A DNA stretch of 64,000 nucleotides from an uncultured Candidatus Saccharibacteria bacterium (GTDB lineage Bacteria; Patescibacteriota; Minisyncoccia; UBA6257; 2-01-FULL-56-20), in NCBI GenBank assembly GCA_964387675.1, contig CAYLWL010000001.1, positions 1,099-65,098 of the forward strand. Reading direction: 5' to 3'. Under the pieces are notes generated by a model that was given only the letters and a program-made list of their open reading frames with translations, searched no databases and was not told the DNA's origin. How positions within the stretch are numbered: position 1 is the stretch's first letter; every line of letters begins with the position of its first letter. Shown here in pieces: positions 26,790 through 36,894 of the stretch. The translations under genes and the position numbers were made by a program.

Positions 26790-27907
26790 CCAAAACTCGA
26801 ATTATCTACGCCAACACAAAAAACTCCGATATGTTCTACGCCGTACGAACGACGATCCCGGACGCTTTTTTTCTTGTAGAACTCGGCGCGCGGAAAGTTA
26901 TATTTTTGGACAAGCGTGAAATCGGAATCTTCCAAGAACACGATACCGGTAAAAAGTTTGAAGTTATTCCCCTTGAACCGCTTGTCGAAAAAGCGCGGCA
27001 ACAAACAGGCGCAGAAGGCCTCGTCTGTCGCCTGGCTCTCGTCATCATCAACGAATTCGCGCCGAGGCGTGGCGAGGCCGAGGTGCCAGCATACTTTCCT
27101 CTCGACATGGCGGACTTTTTGCGTTCGCGGGGAATCTTCTTGAAAGTGGTACATCCGTTTTTTCCAGAAAGGGCTGTCAAGAACCACTTTGAGATACGCG
27201 CGATCGAAACATCTCTTAAAAAAACCGCGGCGGTATACCAGAGGATCGAAGAAATCCTCAAACGCTCCTCAATTGCGGGCGATCGCATTGTCTTCGAACA
27301 AGAAGCGCTCACGAGCGAGTTTTTGAAACAAGAAGTCGATCGTGTTCTGCTCGCGCAGAATATGCTGAACACCGAAGGCATCATTATCGCCTCCGGAAAA
27401 CAGGCCGCTCTGCCGCACCACCAGGGCTCGGGGCCGCTTCTGCCCAATGAACCGATTATCTGTGACATATTCCCCAAAGATACGTTGAGCGGCTACTTCG
27501 CCGACATGACGAGAACATACGTGAAAGGCGTTGCCTCCCCCGAAATGAGAAAAATCTACCGAGCGGTGCTCCGAGCGCAAGAGGCCGGAATCACCTCGGT
27601 GAAACCGGGAGTAGCGTGCGGCGATGTTCATAAAGCGTGCTGCGACTCGTTTCTCAAAAACGGCTACGATGTCGGAGAAAGGGGCTTCGTGCACAATACA
27701 GGCCACGGCCTGGGATTGGATATCCACGAGCCGCCGTATCTCTCCGGCGCAAGCGACGACATACTGAAACCCGGCAACATCATCACCGTGGAACCCGGCC
27801 TGTATTACGAAGAACGCGGCTCCGCAAGAATCGAGGATGTGCTCTTGGTCACCGAAACCGGGTCGCGCAATCTCACGGATTACCCAAGGACTCTAGAAAT
27901 TCCATAA
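26786..27907 (+). CDS. M24-family Xaa-Pro aminopeptidase
   Basis: Creatinase-like N-terminal domain plus M24 metal ligands (HNTGHGLGLDIHEPP, E..E). Confidence 0.8.
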   Translation: MTKTRIIYANTKNSDMFYAVRTTIPDAFFLVELGARKVIFLDKREIGIFQEHDTGKKFEVIPLEPLVEKARQQTGAEGLVCRLALVIINEFAPRRGEAEVPAYFPLDMADFLRSRGIFLKVVHPFFPERAVKNHFEIRAIETSLKKTAAVYQRIEEILKRSSIAGDRIVFEQEALTSEFLKQEVDRVLLAQNMLNTEGIIIASGKQAALPHHQGSGPLLPNEPIICDIFPKDTLSGYFADMTRTYVKGVASPEMRKIYRAVLRAQEAGITSVKPGVACGDVHKACCDSFLKNGYDVGERGFVHNTGHGLGLDIHEPPYLSGASDDILKPGNIITVEPGLYYEERGSARIEDVLLVTETGSRNLTDYPRTLEIP

Positions 27908-27952
27908 AAAAGAACGCCGGGGTTTTCCTTGGCGTTAAAAGTTCCCGATCAT

Positions 27953-28096
27953 GGCAGACACAAGCCCTTCGGCGCGGCTCTTCGACTGAGCGGGCATGGT
28001 TCCTGAGCCGCGTCGAAGGAGAGCGAAGGAGAAGTGCCAGCGAAAATCCTCGCTGGGGATTTGAGCGGTAGCCGAAGGACTTGTATCTGTCATCTC
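27953..28096. repeat. Structured repeat R2, copy 2
   Basis: See 24052-24198. The hairpin ccagcga-aaatcc-tcgctgg covaries with ccagcg-agaagtcg-cgctgg in copy 1. Confidence 0.7.
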
Positions 28097-28103
28097 CCGA
28101 TTC

Positions 28104-29045
28104 TCACAGCCGCGCCGCCGCCTCTTTGAGTCCCTCTTCCGACGTACTCAAAATCAGATACCCGCGGAACCATCCGTATACAAACGAAGCTCCGGAACTG
28201 AATTTCAAAACTCTCGCCGGTTGGCCGTTCACAACCGTATCTTTAAATCCACCGATTACGGAGCCGGGCGAACTCACAAAAAAGCTCTCCATCTTTTGCG
28301 GTTTTTCGAGTTGGGCCGAAACCTCATCGCGGAGGAACAGCCAATTCTCGCTCGGCTTTAGTGCCAAAACATATCCCGGCCAAAGCCCGTTTCTGTCTCG
28401 ATACACGAAAACCGTGAGATCCGAGTTGAAGCGCCGAAGGGCGAACGAGGGATCGAGCGGCGCCGCTCCGGCGGCGGAAAAAGTTTCGTTCATGGTGAGA
28501 TCGTGTCCGTCTGCGCCTTGTATGCCGACTTCGTAAAAAGCCGGTGTTTGGATTCCGTAGCCGAGATCCCTGATCTGCTGGGTGTATGTTTGGGGACTAA
28601 TCCCGCCCTGCGTATTTTTGCCGATCATAAGCGCCAAAACTTCGTCCGGAGGACTTTTGAAAGACGAATGGTGAGTAAAGCCGGCTGGCTGAACCGGCGC
28701 CTGCGGCCCGGCGGCGACGGGCGAAGGAGAAACGTTTTCCGTGGTCGTTGACGACGATTTGAGGAGTATCTGATACGAGAAGTAGACAATGCCAAGGGTC
28801 AAGAGAATCGCGAGAACGGCGACGACTATCGTCTTGGTTTTGTTGGCCGGCTTCTCTGTCGCGTCAGCTACTTGTTTCTCAAAATCGGCAAGCGACGGCC
28901 CCTTGACCGTCTGAAACTGCGGAACGGCGCCGCCGCTTTTCGCCATCGATTCGAGATCCGAGCGCAATGTTCTCACTTTCACCTCGAGCGGCGGCGGCGG
29001 AACGTTGGGTAAGGATTGATTTGGATTTTGCTCCGAATCGCTCAT
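28104..29045 (-). CDS. Hypothetical membrane-anchored secreted protein
   Basis: 313 aa. Pro-rich N-terminus, a single transmembrane helix (IVVAVLAILLTLGIVYF), and a long extracellular domain. Confidence 0.4.
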   Translation of the reverse strand: MSDSEQNPNQSLPNVPPPPLEVKVRTLRSDLESMAKSGGAVPQFQTVKGPSLADFEKQVADATEKPANKTKTIVVAVLAILLTLGIVYFSYQILLKSSSTTTENVSPSPVAAGPQAPVQPAGFTHHSSFKSPPDEVLALMIGKNTQGGISPQTYTQQIRDLGYGIQTPAFYEVGIQGADGHDLTMNETFSAAGAAPLDPSFALRRFNSDLTVFVYRDRNGLWPGYVLALKPSENWLFLRDEVSAQLEKPQKMESFFVSSPGSVIGGFKDTVVNGQPARVLKFSSGASFVYGWFRGYLILSTSEEGLKEAAARL

Positions 29046-29131
29046 GTTGTTCTTATTCTAACAATAAATTGACAAAAGTAATAAGTGGAAATAGAATATG
29101 GGCAGTATTCGGAGATGCGAGGAGGTTGAAA

Positions 29132-29302
29132 ATGCGCAGATTCCCTGTGATTCCCGTGTTGGGTGGTATTACCGGCTTTGTCATGGGGGCACTAGGATAC
29201 TCACTGTTAGTAACGATGTTTACTATATCGGGGGCCCTTTTGATTTACATCGTAATAAGCGCGGCGCTCAATGCGGCGCGGACAAGCAAGGGGAATGTTT
29301 GA
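29132..29302 (+). CDS. Small hydrophobic membrane peptide (56 aa)
   Basis: SD gaggagg precedes the ATG. MRRFPVIPVLGGITGFVMGALGYSLLV... Confidence 0.35.
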   Translation: MRRFPVIPVLGGITGFVMGALGYSLLVTMFTISGALLIYIVISAALNAARTSKGNV

Positions 29303-29430
29303 TGAAACCAACTTCTTTCCGTATTCGCTTGGCGGCCGTTGCGTTTTTCCTGGTCACGACACCGTGGTTTGCCGCTCTCTGTGGGTTTACGGCTGTCATC
29401 ATTTTTTTCCTTTCGCGCTTTTACAGGTAA
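29302..29430 (+). CDS. Small hydrophobic membrane peptide (42 aa)
   Basis: TGATG overlap with the previous peptide. MKPTSFRIRLAAVAFFLVTTPWFAALCGF... Confidence 0.3.
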   Translation: MKPTSFRIRLAAVAFFLVTTPWFAALCGFTAVIIFFLSRFYR

Positions 29431-29461
29431 ACCGCATCCCCTTCTTCGTAGAGCATAATAG

Positions 29462-29482
29462 GCCACACCTTTCGGTGTGGCT
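29462..29482 (+). terminator. Hairpin terminator
   Basis: ggccacacctttcggtgtggc followed by taaaaag. Confidence 0.4.
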
Positions 29483-29556
29483 AAAAAGTTTCCCCCACCC
29501 TCACCTATGAGGGCTTTCGATTTTAAGCAGACCCAAAAAGAAAAGTGCAACGTGAA

Positions 29557-29712
29557 GCTCCGCCGCAGTGTTCTTGAGGAACATCTCGGAGGCGAAAAAG
29601 ATCGGTCCGAGCATCGAATGCGTTCGATCTCGGTTTTTCGCCGAGAGCGAGGCCCGATTTGCCGCTGGAGCAAATCGAGGCCGTTTCCGAAAGAATACTG
29701 CGGCGGAGCGAA
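29557..29712. repeat. Structured repeat R1, copy 2
   Basis: A 13-bp closing stem gctccgccgcagt/actgcggcggagc encloses about 125 nt. An internal hairpin ccgagcatcgaa-tgcg-ttcgatctcgg covaries with copy 1. Confidence 0.75.
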
Positions 29713-29723
29713 ACCGGCGCAGT

Positions 29724-31877
29724 CTACTGCAGCTGTTTGATTGAAAGCCCGATCCTGCCTTCTTCAACGCGGACGATCTTCGCCCGCACATGATCGCCCA
29801 TTTTCAAAACTTCGTCGACGGTCTTCACGTAGCCGTTTTTCAGTTCGGAGATGTGCACCATGCCGTCCCATCCTCCGCCAAGATCAACGATCGCTCCGAA
29901 ATCCATAATCTTTATCACGTTCCCTTCGACGATCTCGCCGACTTTGAACTCTTTAGTGATTGCCGTCGCTTCGGCAACCGCCGCTTCGACGGAATCCACA
30001 TCCGTCCCGGAAATAAACACGCTTCCGTCGTCATCGATATCTATCGCGCTCAAGCCGTACTTCTTCACCAGGCCGTTGATGATTTTCCCGCCCGGACCGA
30101 TCAAGGCGCCTATCTTTTCGGTGCTGATCTTGATGATCTTGATCGCAGGAACGTATTTCGAAAGCTTTGGCTTCGGTTCCGCGATAACGGATTTGATGAA
30201 CTGCAATATCTCGAGGCGCGCTTTCTTCGCCTGCCTGAAAGCATCTTCGAGCATCTCGATACTCAAGCCGTCAACTTTAACATCCATTTGCAGGGCATTG
30301 ATCCCGTCTTCGGTGCCGGCCACCTTCAGGTCCATATCTCCGTGGTGATCTTCCGGCCCCTGGATGTCGGTGAGAACTTTGTAGTTTGGCTCTTTGCCCT
30401 TAGCTCTCTGCTCTTTGCCATCAACCATAAGTCCCATCGCGATCCCCGCGGCGGGTTTTTTGATCGGCACACCGGCGTCCATAAGAGACATGACCGTTGC
30501 GCATACCGTCGCCATCGAAGAAGAACCGTTTGAAGAAAGTATTTCTGAAACCACCCTGATCGTATACGGAAACTGTTCTTTGTCGGGAATCAAAGGCACA
30601 ATCGCTTTCCTTGCCAAGTTGCCGTGGCCGATGTCGCGCCGGCCAGGCCCCCGAAACGATCCGACTTCTCCCACCGAGTACGGCGGGAAGTTGTAGTGCA
30701 GGAGAAAACGTCTTTTTTCGGTTCTCTCCATTGTTTCTATGAGTTGTTCCGCGCCGGGAGCGTCAAGCGTCGTTATCCCTAAGGCCTGGGTGTTACCGCG
30801 GATGAACACGGCCGAGCCGTGGGTTCTCGGGAACAAGCCGATTTCTCCGTTCAGCGCGCGAAGCTGGTCCAGCTTCCTCCCGTCCGGACGCTTTTCCTTT
30901 TCCAAAACGTTTTTATGAACCAAGGTATTGATCTGCTCTTCAAACAGGGCGTCGACGGCTTTGAGATTCGGTTCCTGAAAGTGTTCCGTGATGTAGGCCA
31001 AGAGCGAATCTTTCAAGGCCCCAAGCTTCCCAAGATACTCAACTTTGTTCGGCTGGTAAATCGCTTCTTCGAGCCGGTTCTCCAAAAACTTTTCTATCGC
31101 CGCCTTGAGCGCCGGGTCGAATTCAAAAAGAGCGATTTCTGTTTTTGGTTTTCCTATTTCCCGTATGATCTTGTTCTGGAAATCGATCAGAGCGTTTATT
31201 TCTTTTTGGGCAACGCGGAAACCGGAAACGACTTCTTGCTCCGGAGCGTCATCTCCCCCCAGTTCGATCATGTTGATCGTGTCTTTCGAGCCGGCGACGA
31301 ACGCGTCGAAGACCGCCTTTGATGCCGCGACCTCCGAATTCGACGGGTTGATTTTAAGCTCATTGCCGATCTTCGCGAGGCGCACTCCGGCCACCGGCCC
31401 GCCCCACGGAACGTTCGAAATGCCCAAAGCCGTGGACGCGCCGAGAAGGCCCAAAAACTCCGGGTCGTTTTCTCCGTCAATTTCCAAGACCGTAACCACG
31501 ACTTGAATCTCCCGGCGGATTCGATTGTCGAAAAGCGGCCGGATCGCGCGATCCACCAGCCGGCCGGCAAGAACCGCCTCTTCGGACGCCCTGCCCTCTC
31601 TTCTCACAAAACGGCTGCCAAGAATCTTTCCGGCGGCGTAAAACTTCTCTTCGTAATCGACTTTCAGGGGCAAATAATCCGTGTCCGCGTCTTTGTGGGA
31701 CATAACAACCGTCGCCAACACAATGGTTTCTCCGTATTTCACGATAACCGCGGCATTGGCCTGATCCGCCAGAGACGAATGCTCTACGGTGAGTGTTTTT
31801 CCGGCAACCTCCGTGGTGAATGTTTTTCTTTGAATCGGCATGGCCCTAAGAATAGCAATGTAAGATGCAAAAATCAA
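29724..31877 (-). CDS. pnp: Polyribonucleotide nucleotidyltransferase (PNPase)
   Basis: 717 aa with two RNase PH domains, KH and S1 domains (GDHVRAKIVRVEEGRIGLSIKQ). Confidence 0.9.
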   Translation of the reverse strand: MIFASYIAILRAMPIQRKTFTTEVAGKTLTVEHSSLADQANAAVIVKYGETIVLATVVMSHKDADTDYLPLKVDYEEKFYAAGKILGSRFVRREGRASEEAVLAGRLVDRAIRPLFDNRIRREIQVVVTVLEIDGENDPEFLGLLGASTALGISNVPWGGPVAGVRLAKIGNELKINPSNSEVAASKAVFDAFVAGSKDTINMIELGGDDAPEQEVVSGFRVAQKEINALIDFQNKIIREIGKPKTEIALFEFDPALKAAIEKFLENRLEEAIYQPNKVEYLGKLGALKDSLLAYITEHFQEPNLKAVDALFEEQINTLVHKNVLEKEKRPDGRKLDQLRALNGEIGLFPRTHGSAVFIRGNTQALGITTLDAPGAEQLIETMERTEKRRFLLHYNFPPYSVGEVGSFRGPGRRDIGHGNLARKAIVPLIPDKEQFPYTIRVVSEILSSNGSSSMATVCATVMSLMDAGVPIKKPAAGIAMGLMVDGKEQRAKGKEPNYKVLTDIQGPEDHHGDMDLKVAGTEDGINALQMDVKVDGLSIEMLEDAFRQAKKARLEILQFIKSVIAEPKPKLSKYVPAIKIIKISTEKIGALIGPGGKIINGLVKKYGLSAIDIDDDGSVFISGTDVDSVEAAVAEATAITKEFKVGEIVEGNVIKIMDFGAIVDLGGGWDGMVHISELKNGYVKTVDEVLKMGDHVRAKIVRVEEGRIGLSIKQLQ

Positions 31878-31893
31878 ATCGCATTTTCACTTC

Positions 31894-32466
31894 CTATCTT
31901 TTTATGATAATCCTCGGTATTTCTTCTATGTTGATAAATCTATCGGCGACTTCTTGTACTTTGAGGGAAGCGCTCCTCTTGAACGCCGCGACTTCCACGA
32001 ACCTTCCGACTCCCCATTTGAGGTAGTCGATCAGGGGAATAAAATCACCGTCGCCGGTGACAAGAATCACGACGTCGAGAAACGACGCCATCCTGATGGC
32101 GTCAACCGCCATACCGACGTCCCAATCCGCTTTTTTCATTCCGCCGGCGAAAACCTGCAAGTCCTTCACGCGGAGTTCCAAACCGGCCTTCTCCAGCGCC
32201 TCGAAAAAAGACGCCTCCGACGAAAGCGGCACCGGTCTGCCGCCGCGGCCGCTCCGGACGCTCGGTTCTCGGTGCGCCACCTCTACGATTCCTTCGCTCT
32301 TTACGACATACGCCATGGCGCGGATGAGCTGCCTCCCGCCAACGAGATATTTGATGAGCTCGCCATAATTCACCCGCCCGCCGTACAGATTCTTCGCCGA
32401 GTGATACAAATTCTGAACATCGACGAAAATGCCGACGCGCTGATTAGGATTGGTTGCTTGCTTCAT
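31894..32466 (-). CDS. NYN/LabA-like domain protein
   Basis: VGIFVDVQNLYHSA...VILVTGDGDFIPL matches the NYN nuclease fold signature. Confidence 0.65.
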   Translation of the reverse strand: MKQATNPNQRVGIFVDVQNLYHSAKNLYGGRVNYGELIKYLVGGRQLIRAMAYVVKSEGIVEVAHREPSVRSGRGGRPVPLSSEASFFEALEKAGLELRVKDLQVFAGGMKKADWDVGMAVDAIRMASFLDVVILVTGDGDFIPLIDYLKWGVGRFVEVAAFKRSASLKVQEVADRFINIEEIPRIIIKR

Positions 32467-32510
32467 TTTCGTGTCAAGTGTCAGGTGTCAGGCATCAAGA
32501 TCGTTTCTAC
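32467..32510. repeat. Tandem heptad repeat (CTGACAC x4) directly upstream of the NYN start codon
   Basis: The minus strand reads cttgatgcctgacacctgacacttgacacgaaaATG. Confidence 0.75.
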
Positions 32511-32534
32511 CCCGCGACACACGATACGTGATAC

Positions 32535-32801
32535 TTATTTTTTTAGTTCCAGTTTTCTAATGGTTTTCTCGTACATCTTGACGTCGTTCTTTTTCAAGTA
32601 CGCCAAAAACCGCCTGCGTTTTCCGACAAGCTTTAAAAGACCTCGCCGCGAGTGGTGGTCTTTCGGGTTCTTTTTCAGATGCTCGGCAAGTTCGTTCACT
32701 CTCCTTGTGATAACCGCGATCTGAACCTGCGCCGAACCCGTGTCTTTTTCGTGGGTTTGATGCTCTTTGATGATTTTGGATTTTACGCGCTTGGTCAGCA
32801 T
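32535..32801 (-). CDS. rpsO: 30S ribosomal protein S15
   Basis: 88 aa. ...[29 protein letters not shown]. Confidence 0.9.
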   Translation of the reverse strand: MLTKRVKSKIIKEHQTHEKDTGSAQVQIAVITRRVNELAEHLKKNPKDHHSRRGLLKLVGKRRRFLAYLKKNDVKMYEKTIRKLELKK

Positions 32802-32880
32802 GGAGTAATCGCGAACCTGCCTACCGGCTGGCAGGTAACGCTAATTAATTCTAGGTAATAATGCGAATCTACCCTTGTTG
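32802..32880. repeat. Partial, divergent copy of the L1 repeat upstream of rpsO
   Basis: It shares ggtaataatgcgaat, and also cgcgattactccATG placed against the rpsO start. Confidence 0.5.
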
Positions 32881-32960
32881 CTTTCGTGAATTAATAGTAA
32901 TGGGTTTTCGCGGAAAATGCAAACTTTGTCGACCCGCGCCTTCTGTCGTAAAATGTATAT

Positions 32961-33881
32961 ATGGCAGAAGTCGACAAACTCCTCCACGATTACCTCAACT
33001 ATCTCGAAATAGAGAGAAACCGTTCGCCGAAGACGCGCGAAAACTACGAGCGCTATCTCAAGGAATTTTTGAAGTTCTCCGGGGCTAAATCCCCCAACGA
33101 TATTACCGAGGACGCCGTCCGGGAATTCCGCCTAGCCATGGCTAGGCCTAAGTTCCATGGAAAAAACCTCAAAAAAATAACCCAGAGCTATTATGTCATC
33201 GCCCTGCGGAACTTTTTGAAGTATCTCGCGAGGCGCGACATAAAAACGCTCGCCCCCGAAAAAATAGAACTTCCCAAAATCCCCGATCGGCAGATAGAAA
33301 TTCTGGACTACAAAGATTTAGAACGATTGATGCAATCCCCCAGAGGGAATAGCTTGAGAGATCTTCGCGACAAGGCGATTCTCGAACTGTTCTTCTCGAC
33401 GGGGCTCCGGCTCTCCGAACTCTGCTCGCTCGAGAGATACCTGGATCTCGCCCGCGGCGAAGTGAGTGTCCGCGGCAAAGGAGAAAAGTTGCGGGTGGTG
33501 TTTCTCTCCGACGGCGCGAAAAGGGCAATCAAAAATTATCTCGACAAAAGGACGGACGCGGAAGAGTCGCTTTTCGTGAGTTTGGCGAAAGGGTCAAGGG
33601 TCAAGGGTCAAGGGTCAAGGGTTATCGGCCCGATCACGCCGCGGGCGGTGCAACGAGTGGTGGAACGCCGCGCGCGCGAAGCCGGCATTGCGAAAAAAAT
33701 CCACGCGCACCAACTAAGGCATAGCTTCGCGACAGACCTTTTGATAAACGGCGCGGATATCCGCTCCGTGCAAGAACTGCTCGGCCACTCGAACATATCA
33801 ACGACGCAAGTATACACCCACCTCACCAACAAAGAATTGCGCGAGGTGCACAAGGCGTTTCACGCGAGACGAAGAAAATAG
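32961..33881 (+). CDS. Tyrosine recombinase XerC/XerD-like
   Basis: Catalytic residues R...HxxR...Y (HQLRHSFATDLL...GHSNISTTQVYTH). Confidence 0.8.
   Translation: MAEVDKLLHDYLNYLEIERNRSPKTRENYERYLKEFLKFSGAKSPNDITEDAVREFRLAMARPKFHGKNLKKITQSYYVIALRNFLKYLARRDIKTLAPEKIELPKIPDRQIEILDYKDLERLMQSPRGNSLRDLRDKAILELFFSTGLRLSELCSLERYLDLARGEVSVRGKGEKLRVVFLSDGAKRAIKNYLDKRTDAEESLFVSLAKGSRVKGQGSRVIGPITPRAVQRVVERRAREAGIAKKIHAHQLRHSFATDLLINGADIRSVQELLGHSNISTTQVYTHLTNKELREVHKAFHARRRK
33592..33623 (+). repeat. GGGTCAAG x4 tandem octamer inside the xerC/D-like CDS
   Basis: Read directly. It encodes KGSRVKGQGSRV. The unit length is not a multiple of 3. Confidence 0.9.
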
Positions 33882-33886
33882 GTCCC

Positions 33887-34432
33887 CTATTTTTTTCTTT
33901 GATTCTTTTTAGCTCTAGAAAATTTTATTGGCAAATAAGCCGATACGTCGCTTTGTGAATAGCCACGTTCTCTAAAGAAATCAATCACTTTTATGACCGT
34001 GGCCTTACTCGCTTGATCGGGATCCCTCAACGATAAAACTTCGTCGGCAATATCTTCGGCGAAGTTATCGTACAGTTCTTGCGCCAAACTCTCGTCTAAT
34101 TCTTCTCCCTCTTCCATAACGTCAATGGCGCTGAAGAGGTCGGCAAAGGTGGCGTCTTTTGATATTGCTACTTTTAGGTCCCACTCTCCGCTTTCCTTTT
34201 TCTCTTCTTTTTCTCTTTCTTTTTGTTCCCGTTTTTGTGTCACAGCTTCATTTTCACCGCTGGCACGCCTCCACTCATCGCTGTCTCTCCCGTAAACATC
34301 TTCGGCCATAGCCATTGCCGAATCAAAACATCCGTGATCGAATAAGAAACGGTACGCTTCCTCGCCGGCGGCTCTTATTTCTTCCTCACTGCCTATCTTC
34401 ATATTTCTTCTCAAGTAATAAAGGGGGGGCAT
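33887..34432 (-). CDS. Hypothetical acidic protein
   Basis: 181-aa ORF, Glu/Asp-rich. Confidence 0.3.
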   Translation of the reverse strand: MPPLYYLRRNMKIGSEEEIRAAGEEAYRFLFDHGCFDSAMAMAEDVYGRDSDEWRRASGENEAVTQKREQKEREKEEKKESGEWDLKVAISKDATFADLFSAIDVMEEGEELDESLAQELYDNFAEDIADEVLSLRDPDQASKATVIKVIDFFRERGYSQSDVSAYLPIKFSRAKKNQRKK

Positions 34433-34634
34433 AATTTCCCTCTACCTTCTCGCGAGCAGCATAGTCTTGAAAAAAAGTGTCCAGCTCTTCCTGCGGCACG
34501 CCCATCTCTTTCCCTCGTTTCAGGATGGCGGCGCCAGCCCGGCCTTGTTTTAATTTTCCCCACTCGGCTTTATTGTACTTCTCAACCGGTTCTGGTTTTT
34601 CTTTTGATGATGGTCCTTTTAGCGGTTGTTCCAT
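34386..34634 (-). CDS. Hypothetical small protein
   Basis: 82-aa ORF that overlaps the neighbouring gene. Confidence 0.2.
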   Translation of the reverse strand: MEQPLKGPSSKEKPEPVEKYNKAEWGKLKQGRAGAAILKRGKEMGVPQEELDTFFQDYAAREKVEGNYAPPLLLEKKYEDRQ

Positions 34635-34651
34635 GGTTTTATCTTAACATC

Positions 34652-36481
34652 TTAAACCGACATTGGCTTCAGTTTGAACGGCGCGAGTACCCTGTTGAAT
34701 TCTTCCTGCTCCAACGTTTCTTTTTCGATTAAGGTTTCCGCAAGCTTCTTCAAAACTTTTTTGCGCTGGGTGAGGATATTTTTCGCGGTTTCGTACGCGT
34801 GATTGATAAAGTTCCGCACCTCGCCGTCTATCTTCGCCGCCACCTCCTCCGAATAATTCCGTTCGGTCGAAATCTCGCGGCCCAAAAACACCATCTCTTC
34901 GGTGTTTCCGAATGTCTGCGGCCCGAGTTCGCTCATGCCGTATTTCGTCACAAGCTTTCTCGCAAGGTCGGTCGCCACCTTCAGGTCGTTCGAGGCGCCC
35001 GTCGAAACATCGCCGAACGTCAGCTGTTCCGAAGCATATCCGCCCATCATCATCGCGAGATCCGCCATAAATTGTTTCTTGCTTCTTAAATGCTGGTCTT
35101 CTATGGGAAGCTTCATAGTGTACCCTCCGGCAAGGCCGCGGCTCACGATGGAAACCTTGTGGACCGGGTCGGCGTCTTTCAAGGAGGCGGCAACGAGCGC
35201 GTGGCCCCCTTCGTGATAGGCCGTAATCTCTTTTTCTTTTTTGGAAATGACGCGGCTTTTGCGCTCCGGCCCAAGCATCACTTTTTCAACGGCCTCAAAA
35301 AATTCGCTCTGGCCGATTGATTTTTTGCCCCGGCGAGCGGCCAAAATCGCTCCCTCGTTCATCAGATTCGCTAAGTCAGCTCCCGAAAATCCCGGCGTGC
35401 GAACCGCCACTTTTCTCAAGTCGACATTTTTATCAATGACTTTCTCTTGGGCGTGGATTTTGAGAATCTCCTCTCGGTCGTTCAGATCGGGCAGGTCCAA
35501 AATGACCCGCCGGTCGAATCGGCCGGGGCGCAGAAGCGCCGGATCCAAAACATCTGGTCTGTTTGTTGCCGCGAGGACTATTACGCGGGTGTCGCGGTCA
35601 AAGCCGTCGAGTTCAACGAGGATTTGATTGAGCGTTTGCTCGCGTTCGTCGTTGCCGCCACCCAAGCCCGCTCCACGCTGGCGGCCCACGGCGTCTATCT
35701 CGTCTATAAAAAGAATCGCGGGGGCGGCGCGCTTTGCCGTCATAAACGCATCGCGGGTGCGGCTCGCGCCAACGCCTACAAACATTTCCACGAATTCAGA
35801 CGCAGAAATGTAAAAGAATGGCACGTTGCTCTCTCCCGCAACGGCCCGGGCGATTAAGGTTTTCCCCGTTCCCGGCGGACCCATCAGTAAAATTCCCCGC
35901 GGAATACGCGCGCCGAGATCCAAAAACTTTTTCGGATTCTTCAAAAAGTCAATTACCTCCACCAACTCTTCTTTGGCTTCCTTGAGCCCCGCGACATCCT
36001 TGAAGAGCACTTTGTCTTTAAACGTCGAGAGCCGCAAATTCGAACGACCGAAGCTGAATGCCTGGTTCACTCCGGTCTTCGCCTGCCGGAACATAAGCCA
36101 AAAGATAAACCCGATAATAATCAACGGGAGAAGCGTCGGGATCAAAATGCCCGCCCAGAATTGCCAGCCCGATTGGCTTTGAATGGAAAATTCCACCTTC
36201 GAGAGCTCGGCGGGCGAGACATTCAGATTTTTCAGGGTCTCGCTGAAGCCCGCTTCCGCTTCTTTCTTGGCAATGCCGCTTGAGCCGTCCTTCAGTTTGA
36301 TCTCGAGGTCTTCGCCGTTCACTTTGATCTGAGCAACGGCGCCTTCGTTTATTTTCTGCACCAGCTGATTGAGACTCAAATTCTGCGGGGGCTTTTTCGG
36401 CTCAAGAAACAGCGAAAAGACAAGCGATATCACGAGAAGCGTGAGGATTGCCCACGCGATGTTTTTAAACAGGTTGCTCAT
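34652..36481 (-). CDS. ftsH: ATP-dependent zinc metalloprotease FtsH
   Basis: Walker A GPPGTGKT. Second region of homology. Zinc-binding motif HEGGHA. Confidence 0.9.
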   Translation of the reverse strand: MSNLFKNIAWAILTLLVISLVFSLFLEPKKPPQNLSLNQLVQKINEGAVAQIKVNGEDLEIKLKDGSSGIAKKEAEAGFSETLKNLNVSPAELSKVEFSIQSQSGWQFWAGILIPTLLPLIIIGFIFWLMFRQAKTGVNQAFSFGRSNLRLSTFKDKVLFKDVAGLKEAKEELVEVIDFLKNPKKFLDLGARIPRGILLMGPPGTGKTLIARAVAGESNVPFFYISASEFVEMFVGVGASRTRDAFMTAKRAAPAILFIDEIDAVGRQRGAGLGGGNDEREQTLNQILVELDGFDRDTRVIVLAATNRPDVLDPALLRPGRFDRRVILDLPDLNDREEILKIHAQEKVIDKNVDLRKVAVRTPGFSGADLANLMNEGAILAARRGKKSIGQSEFFEAVEKVMLGPERKSRVISKKEKEITAYHEGGHALVAASLKDADPVHKVSIVSRGLAGGYTMKLPIEDQHLRSKKQFMADLAMMMGGYASEQLTFGDVSTGASNDLKVATDLARKLVTKYGMSELGPQTFGNTEEMVFLGREISTERNYSEEVAAKIDGEVRNFINHAYETAKNILTQRKKVLKKLAETLIEKETLEQEEFNRVLAPFKLKPMSV

Positions 36482-36559
36482 ATTTTCAACAATAACTATA
36501 ACAGAGATTTGAAAAAGCAAAAAACGCCGCAGTATCTACCACCTACTACCTACCACTCA

Positions 36560-36883
36560 CTACTTACCCGTCATATTCTTCGCCGCCTTGATCAGTTGGA
36601 ATTCGTTTTCCACCGCCTCTTCTATTTTTTCGGCAAGTCCCGGCACGCCGGCGCACAGCGACGCGATTTCATCTTCCGCGTGCCGGCCCCGGAGCGCCGC
36701 CTTGAACTTTTTTACGCCTTCGTCGTCCAGATTCAGAATGGCGGTTTCGATGATCACTTTATTAAAGTGATCGAAGAGCGCGTCCAGGACTTCTTTTTTG
36801 TCTTTGTCGGGAAGATCTCCGATACCAAGCTCTTTGAGCAAAAACTCTGTGTCGCGAGAAAAAATGAGGTTTGTTTTGGTCAT
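36560..36883 (-). CDS. Hypothetical protein
   Basis: 107-aa ORF, acidic and helical. Confidence 0.3.
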   Translation of the reverse strand: MTKTNLIFSRDTEFLLKELGIGDLPDKDKKEVLDALFDHFNKVIIETAILNLDDEGVKKFKAALRGRHAEDEIASLCAGVPGLAEKIEEAVENEFQLIKAAKNMTGK

Positions 36884-36894
36884 GATGTGGTGGG

